In this document: positions 58,387 to 64,000 of the stretch, piece by piece | Layout of the letters: each line of letters begins with the position of its first letter | How positions within the stretch are numbered: position 1 is the stretch's first letter | Assembly: GCA_965203355.1 (NCBI GenBank) | Contig: OZ241889.1 | Location: 3,136,001 to 3,200,000, forward strand | Reading direction: 5' to 3' | Source of the DNA: Candidatus Latescibacterota bacterium | GTDB taxonomy: Bacteria > Latescibacterota > UBA2968 > UBA8231 | Length of the DNA: 64,000 bases | The notes under the pieces: model-generated | What the model saw: the letters and a program-made list of their open reading frames with translations, nothing else | The model's database searches: none | Told to the model about the DNA's origin: nothing | Made by a program: the position numbers and the translations under genes

Positions 58387-59634
58387 ATGAACATCATACC
58401 CGATCTGCAATTTCGCGGCTTGATCTACCAAATAACCGACCTCGACCGCCTCGCCGAGCGGCTCGCAGCCGGTCCGATCGCGCTCTACAATGGCTTCGAC
58501 CCGACCGCCGACAGCCTGACGGTGGGCAACCTCGTGCCAATCCTGCTCCTGCGTCGCTTCCAGCGCGCCGGCCACCAGGTCATCGCCTTGGCTGGCGGCG
58601 GCACCGGCCTGATCGGCGATCCCGGCGGCAAGGCCGAGGAGCGCGCGCTCAACGCCACCGATGTCGTGGCCGAGTGGACGCAGAAGGTCAAAGCCCAGTT
58701 AGAGCGCTTCCTCGAGTTCGACGGGCCCAACCCGGCGATCATGGTCGATAACCACGACTGGCTTGGCCAACTCGCGGCCATCGACTTTATGCGCGACGTC
58801 GGCAAGCACTTTCCCGTCCCCTACATGCTGGCCAAGGACTCGGTTGCCTCGCGCCTCGAAACGGGCATTTCCTACACTGAGTTCAGCTACATGGCACTAC
58901 AGGCGTATGACTTCTTAGTCCTCAATAGAGAATACAGCTGCGAGTTGCAGACCGGCGGCTCTGACCAGTGGGGCAATATCACCGCTGGCACCGACCTGAT
59001 CCGCCGCTCCACCGGCAAGCGAGCCTTTGGCCTGACCTGTCCGCTAGTGACCAAAGCAGACGGCACCAAGTTCGGCAAAACCGAGGCGGGCACGGTCTGG
59101 CTCGACGCGGCGAAGACCTCGGCGTACCAATTTTACCAGTTCTGGATCAATGCCGAGGACCAGAAAGTCGTCGATCACCTGAAAACGTACACCTTCCTGG
59201 AACAGGATGCGATCCGCCAACTCGCCGAAACCGTCCGCGACCAACCCGCACGGCGCGAGGCCCAGCGCACTCTCGCGGCCGAGGCAACGACCCTCGTGCA
59301 CGGAAAAGACGCGGCGCGCCGAGCCGAACGCATCTCACACGCGCTTTTTTACGGAAAGTTTCAAGAGCTATCCGAGGACGAAATCCTCGAAGGCTTTGAC
59401 GACGTGCCAACGCACGCGATGGGTCAGGCGGAATTGGGACTGGTCGATCTGCTCGTCGCGGCCGGCGTATCGTCCTCTAAACGCCAAGCCCGCCAAGATG
59501 TACAAAACGGCTCAATCTACATCAACGGCGCGCGCTGCACGGACATGGCGCGGCGCATGCGGTGCCGCGAGGGCCTACACGGCAAATACCTAATCGTGCG
59601 CCGCGGCAAGAAGCAGTACACCCTCGTCTGCTGA
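58387..59634 (+). CDS. tyrS: tyrosine--tRNA ligase
   Basis: LYNGFDPTADSL(TVGN), GGGTGLIGDP, EFSY..LQAYDF, QTGGSDQWGNI, KFGKT and C-terminal S4 domain RRGKK. Confidence 0.97.
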   Translation: MNIIPDLQFRGLIYQITDLDRLAERLAAGPIALYNGFDPTADSLTVGNLVPILLLRRFQRAGHQVIALAGGGTGLIGDPGGKAEERALNATDVVAEWTQKVKAQLERFLEFDGPNPAIMVDNHDWLGQLAAIDFMRDVGKHFPVPYMLAKDSVASRLETGISYTEFSYMALQAYDFLVLNREYSCELQTGGSDQWGNITAGTDLIRRSTGKRAFGLTCPLVTKADGTKFGKTEAGTVWLDAAKTSAYQFYQFWINAEDQKVVDHLKTYTFLEQDAIRQLAETVRDQPARREAQRTLAAEATTLVHGKDAARRAERISHALFYGKFQELSEDEILEGFDDVPTHAMGQAELGLVDLLVAAGVSSSKRQARQDVQNGSIYINGARCTDMARRMRCREGLHGKYLIVRRGKKQYTLVC

Positions 59635-59794
59635 GCTACTCAGGTCGCAAAAGCGCTAGAAACCGCTCAAAGTCCTGCGCGAAAGCGCGCTGGATGTGCG
59701 CTGCTTTGGCCGCCAAATCGGCCACTTTGTCGGGAATCAATTCCGCGGTGTATGCGTGGCGAAAAAAATGGCGGAAGCGCCGCAATTCATCTAA

Positions 59795-60722
59795 GAAGCG
59801 TTTTTAAAATTCATTTTTTTTAGCGATTCGCTTGAGTATCAAATGGATCATCGCGATTTGGATAAAGGCTTCACTATTGCAAGTTAGGTGCTCGTAGTCT
59901 TTGGCATGGACTCGATAGTTGAGTAGCCAAGCAAACGTTCGTTCGACGACCCAACGACGAGGGAGCACCTCAAAGCCGGAGCCTTGTCTGGATACGACTT
60001 CAAGGTCTATTTTGTGCGTTTTTTTTTTGAGCCACCCATTGCCTAAGCGGCGCGCCTTTATAGGCTCCATCCACCCACAGCTTGCGTAACCTTTGTACCG
60101 TGGGTGAAAAGTAGGTTTTCAACAAGGTCTTCAAGCCGTCGGCATCCGAGGTCGAAGCAGCGGTCACCACACACTCAATCAGACGACCCTCGGTGTCGAC
60201 CAACAGATGGCGTTTGCGTCCTTTAACCTTCTTGCCGGCATCGTATCCAACACTTTTACCTTGGGTGGCCGTGGTAACGCTCTGCGCGTCCACGATCCCC
60301 GCCGACGGGGTCGGTGCCCGGCCGTGCTGGATGCGATCCTGCCTGGTTAGGGCGTCGAGTATCTGTGGCCAAACCCCTTGTTGACGCCAGCGATTGAAGT
60401 AGCCATACACCGTTTGCCAAGGCCCAAAACACCGCGGCAGCATCGGCCAAGGACACCCGGTTTTAGCCCGATACAGTAGACCATTCATCACCAAACGCAC
60501 CGCCCGAGGTGGCCGACCCGGACCCCCTTGACGCCAACGGCCCCGAGGCAGCAGACGAGCAAGTAACAGCCATTGTGCATCGGTCAAATCCGTCGCATAT
60601 TCTACACCGGGCGTACCCATATATAACCCCCCTTTCAGGCTTTGTGATGAAACCTAAAGGTCGGTTCATGGGTACGTCCTTTCAAGGGAAAATCAACTAA
60701 AAGTGAATTTTAAAAAGGCTTC
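59795..60722 (-). mobile_element. IS5-family insertion sequence (IS1031-like), 928 bp
   Basis: Terminal inverted repeats GAAGC(G/C)TTTTTAAAATTCA (19 bp, one mismatch); 3-bp target duplication TAA at 59792-59794 and 60723-60725. Confidence 0.92.
59804..60620 (-). pseudogene. IS5-family transposase, frameshifted at an A10 run (60019-60028)
   Basis: YATDLTDAQW, KTGCPW, DAQSV, GYDAGKKVKGRKRH and DGAY in ORF1; [11 protein letters not shown] in ORF2. Confidence 0.88.
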
Positions 60723-61023
60723 TAAGGCAGAAGCGGTCTCTGTGGACAGGAGTGCCGGGCGGATGCCTTGGATTGCGAGCTGCATTCGCCTAATCATATC
60801 TGCGTGATACCTTGCGTCGTCGATTTGATTCTCAAAAAATCGCGCTACTTCCTCAAACAACGGCTCAAACGCGCCATAGAGATTGTGGAGTTGGTACCCC
60901 ATGCTGTCCACCCCTTCGGCACTATGGGCAAACGCGTCTAGGCGTTCCTCGATGCGGCCGCCGATAAGCCTGATGTCCCAAGCACGCGCTCGCAACTCGG
61001 CTTCGAGAACGGCAAAAGCCTCC

Positions 61024-61362
61024 TTATCCATACACCTTGACTCCAGATCGGGCAAAGGATTGAGACGAAGGATGGCGGTCGAGATCAATTACGTCCACCA
61101 CCTTGCCGGTAGCGTCCTCCAATGCTTTCATCAGCTCAAGCACAATAGGCGAGCAACCTGCCACGGCCACGTCAATGTCGGACGACTCCCGCCAAGAATC
61201 AGGCGACCGCAGCGATCCCACAATGTACGCGGCCTCAATACCGAGCGATTCCCGCAGCGCCCACAGGGTGTGCCGAACTCGGGCGAGCAACTCGGCCTGC
61301 TCGGCCGCCAGCCGCTGGCGTCGAGTTCTCATGGCTTCGTCGAGGATACTGGTGTCAAACAT
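61024..61362 (-). CDS. MNT nucleotidyltransferase antitoxin (MntA-like)
   Basis: YIVGS........SDIDVAV...VDVIDL; overlaps the HEPN start. Confidence 0.88.
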   Translation of the reverse strand: MFDTSILDEAMRTRRQRLAAEQAELLARVRHTLWALRESLGIEAAYIVGSLRSPDSWRESSDIDVAVAGCSPIVLELMKALEDATGKVVDVIDLDRHPSSQSFARSGVKVYG

Positions 61363-61379
61363 ACTTTCGCCGCCTGCTC

Positions 61380-63185
61380 TCACTCCCACTCCACCGTGCC
61401 CGGCGGCTTGTGGGTAATATCGTAGAAAACCGCTTCAATGCCCGCTAGTGCCAGCAGCCGATCGCACACGTCGTCCAAAAACGCCGGCGGCAATGGGCAA
61501 AAGCGCGCGGTCATAAAGTCGGAAGTCGCAATCGGCCGCAGCACCACGCTTTCTTGCACCCCATCCGACGATAGCGGCAGCAGTACGGTCGGCATCTGGG
61601 TTACTTCCTGCATTAGCCCGTGGCGCTCCAACGCCTCCATGCTGATGGCATCGGCCCGACGCAGGCAATCGAGCCGATCGCGGGTCAGGTAGCCCGCTTT
61701 GATGCTTTGCTGCGGCCGCGGCGTTGGGCCCAGCAGGTAGATCACTCGATTGATCGCCGGAAAGTGATTGGTCAACTCGGTGGACAGTGCCTCTAGCGCC
61801 TTCCAATCGCTCGGGCCGGTAACTACCGCTGGATGCGCGTAGGTCCGCGAATCGCCCTGTACGCCAACGCTGCGCAACGGCAACACATCGAGCGCCAGAC
61901 CGAATGTCGCCGCCACCTTCTGCGCTTCGGCAACCGTCTCAAGCGACAAACCAGCGTCAGCGTTGTCTGCGTCCGGCCCCTCATTACACAACACCCTCAC
62001 CGCCAGCCCCGGCCCTGGGAATGGATGCCGCCAGACCAAGTGGTGCGGCAAGCCGAGCATCTCGCCCAAGGTGCGCACCTCGTCCTTGTAGAGCTGGTCC
62101 AGCGGCTCGACGACCTTGCCCTCGGCCAACAGCTGATCGAGGACCCCGACGCGATTGTGGTGGGTCTTGATGAGCGCGGCGTTTTCTGTGCCGCCGGACT
62201 CGATGGTATCCGTGTAGAGCGTCCCTTGGCCCAACAGCCATTCGTCCGGGTCCAGCGCCAGCGCCGCCAACGCTCGGTCGCGGACGCGGAGGAACTCCTC
62301 GCCAATCCGCCGCCGCTTTTCCTCCGGGTCGGCAATGCCGGCCGTAGCGGCGAGGAATGCTGCGCTGGCATCCACTACCTCCAGATTGTGCAGGCCCGCC
62401 CCCTTCATCAACCGCTCGACCAGCGCGGTCTCGCCCTCGCGCATAAAGCCGTTGTCAATGTGCAAGCCCAGCACTCGCTCGGCACCCAAGGCGCGGTTGA
62501 GCAGGAGAAATGCCACGGACGAATCAACCCCACCGCTGACGAACAAAAAGACGTTGCGCCCCTGCGCCTGCTGTTGGATCCGCTCGATGGTCTCCTCGGT
62601 GTAGTGCTCCATCGTCCAAGTCCGCTCGGCACCACACAGCGCGACGAAGTTATCTAGGATGTCCATGCCGCGGACGGTGTGCGTCACTTCTGGATGGAAC
62701 TGCAAGCCGTATATCTTGCGCTCGGCGTCGCCCATGGCCGCCACCGGGCAGGCCTCGGTCGCGCCCAAGACGACAAACCGGGGCGGCAGAGACGCGACGT
62801 GGTCCCGATGGCTCATCCACACCCGCTCGCACGCGCCCAGCCCGGCCAGCACCCCTTCTGCCTTGTGGACGTGCAAATCGGCCGCGCCAAACTCGTGCGT
62901 CGTTCCCCTATCGACTTGGCCGCCCAAGCGGTGGCAGAGCAGTTGGTGGCCATAGCACAAGCCCAGCATCGGCTTGCCCATCGCCAAAATTTCGGGATTG
63001 TACGCTGGCGCTTGCGGGTCATAGACGCTGGCCGGTCCGCCCGACAGAATCAGCCCGTCGGCGTCTTGCAGCTCGGCAATCGCCGTCTCGGGCGAGCGGA
63101 TCTCAGCGTGGACGCGGAGGTGGCGAATGCGGTTGGCGATCAAGTGGGCGTACTGCCCGCCGAAGTCGAGAACGACGATGCTCAA
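61380..63185 (-). CDS. guaA: GMP synthase (glutamine-hydrolysing), long form
   Basis: VLDFGGQY, LSGGP.SV, GLCYGHQ, QFHPEV, SGGVDS, IKTHHN, RHPFPGPGL and KPPGTVEWE motifs. Confidence 0.97.
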   Translation of the reverse strand: MSIVVLDFGGQYAHLIANRIRHLRVHAEIRSPETAIAELQDADGLILSGGPASVYDPQAPAYNPEILAMGKPMLGLCYGHQLLCHRLGGQVDRGTTHEFGAADLHVHKAEGVLAGLGACERVWMSHRDHVASLPPRFVVLGATEACPVAAMGDAERKIYGLQFHPEVTHTVRGMDILDNFVALCGAERTWTMEHYTEETIERIQQQAQGRNVFLFVSGGVDSSVAFLLLNRALGAERVLGLHIDNGFMREGETALVERLMKGAGLHNLEVVDASAAFLAATAGIADPEEKRRRIGEEFLRVRDRALAALALDPDEWLLGQGTLYTDTIESGGTENAALIKTHHNRVGVLDQLLAEGKVVEPLDQLYKDEVRTLGEMLGLPHHLVWRHPFPGPGLAVRVLCNEGPDADNADAGLSLETVAEAQKVAATFGLALDVLPLRSVGVQGDSRTYAHPAVVTGPSDWKALEALSTELTNHFPAINRVIYLLGPTPRPQQSIKAGYLTRDRLDCLRRADAISMEALERHGLMQEVTQMPTVLLPLSSDGVQESVVLRPIATSDFMTARFCPLPPAFLDDVCDRLLALAGIEAVFYDITHKPPGTVEWE

Positions 63186-63333
63186 GGTTTATACCGGCCC
63201 TTTTAAGCTGCTCCACAAATGATAAGTACTATTAAAGAGGCTTTAAGCGTATCGTCAAGGCGCGTCCGCTCTCGCGCTTCCGGCACAACAGCCAAACAGG
63301 ACGCGCACACGCCGCTAGACTATATTTGCTCGC

Positions 63334-64000
63334 ATGACTTCCACACCCAACCCATCCGCACGCCTGCGTCCCGAGTTGGAGCTGGTCGGCACCATCGCCC
63401 TCGGCTTGGGTTCGATCGTCGGCACGGGTGTCTTTGTCAGCCTTGGTATTGGCGCGGGTATCGCTGGCCCGGCCGTGCTCGTCGCCATAGCCATCGGGGC
63501 GTTGGTCGCGCTCTGCAACGGCTTGTCCAGCGCCCAGCTAGCGGCCAGTCATCCGCTCAGCGGCGGCACGTACCAATACGGCTATGAGTACGCTTCACCC
63601 GCCCTCGGCTTTACCGCCGGGTGGATGTTTCTATGCGCCAAGAGCGCGACCGCAGCCACCGCGGCGATGGGGCTAGCCGGTTACCTGCTCAATGCACTGG
63701 ATCAGACCGCATCTATCACCCCCGTCGCCTTGGCGGCCGTGCTCGTGCTCACCCTCATTGCCCTCCTAGGCATCAACCGCACCAACAAGATCAACATCGC
63801 CATCGTCGCCGCGACGCTTTGCTCGCTGATCGCCTTCATCGTCGCGGGGGTGCCCGCCGCCCGGCACAACCTGCATCTAACCCCTTTCTTAGGCGACTCA
63901 GACTGGTCGGCCCTGTTGCAAGCCAGCGCTTTGATGTTCGTCGCCTATACGGGCTACGGTCGGATCGCCACACTCGGCGAAGAAGTGCGTCAACCCCGCA
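63334..64000 (+). CDS. APC family amino acid permease (runs off the window end)
   Basis: ATG 63334 reads MTSTPN...LGLGSIVGTGVF...AGP...P.SGGTY.Y...FVAYTGYGRIATLGEEV; open to the end. Confidence 0.88.
   Translation, partial: MTSTPNPSARLRPELELVGTIALGLGSIVGTGVFVSLGIGAGIAGPAVLVAIAIGALVALCNGLSSAQLAASHPLSGGTYQYGYEYASPALGFTAGWMFLCAKSATAATAAMGLAGYLLNALDQTASITPVALAAVLVLTLIALLGINRTNKINIAIVAATLCSLIAFIVAGVPAARHNLHLTPFLGDSDWSALLQASALMFVAYTGYGRIATLGEEVRQPR

Larger units (their letters stand above)
59636..61031 (-). pseudogene. HepT-like HEPN toxin interrupted by an IS5-family element
   Basis: N-part MDKEAFAV...LHNLY...TETASAL (61031-60723) and C-part DELRRFRHFFRHAY...LLRPE* (59791-59636) join in frame when the IS and one TAA are removed. 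Confidence 0.88.

Noticed and set aside
60693-61088. Intact 131-aa ORF as a complete gene
   Set aside because: Its last residues (EAFLKFTFS) are read from the IS end; it is the 5' half of the interrupted HEPN gene.

Overview
This is a GC-rich bacterial chromosomal window. Its many FlgD-Ig/T9SS-like C-terminal domains, sulfatases, PhyH dioxygenases and a 'TWGKIK' tail suggest an FCB-group organism such as Latescibacterota (inference). The backbone carries carbohydrate/sulfate catabolic genes, a large envelope-protein cluster, tRNA-Val(TAC), tyrS and guaA. Lower-GC accessory blocks are inserted into it: an ABC-ATPase/TOPRIM-like pair, a three-dynamin plus membrane-protein operon, a 1884-aa mosaic surface protein next to the tRNA, an Xre/RES islet flanked by a 129-bp duplicated gene end, a collapsed sacsin-like gene, and an MNT-HEPN pair interrupted by an IS5-family element. 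The most novel signal is a diverged ~300-bp leader cassette (short ORF, palindrome and G13 tract) found in front of two unrelated loci. It is in frame before the dynamin operon and one base out of frame before the surface protein, which suggests a portable phase-variation switch acting through translational coupling. Also notable are a Tyr-Tyr leader-peptide attenuator upstream of tyrS and the uncharacterised envelope cluster. All family calls come from motif recognition by eye; no searches were run.
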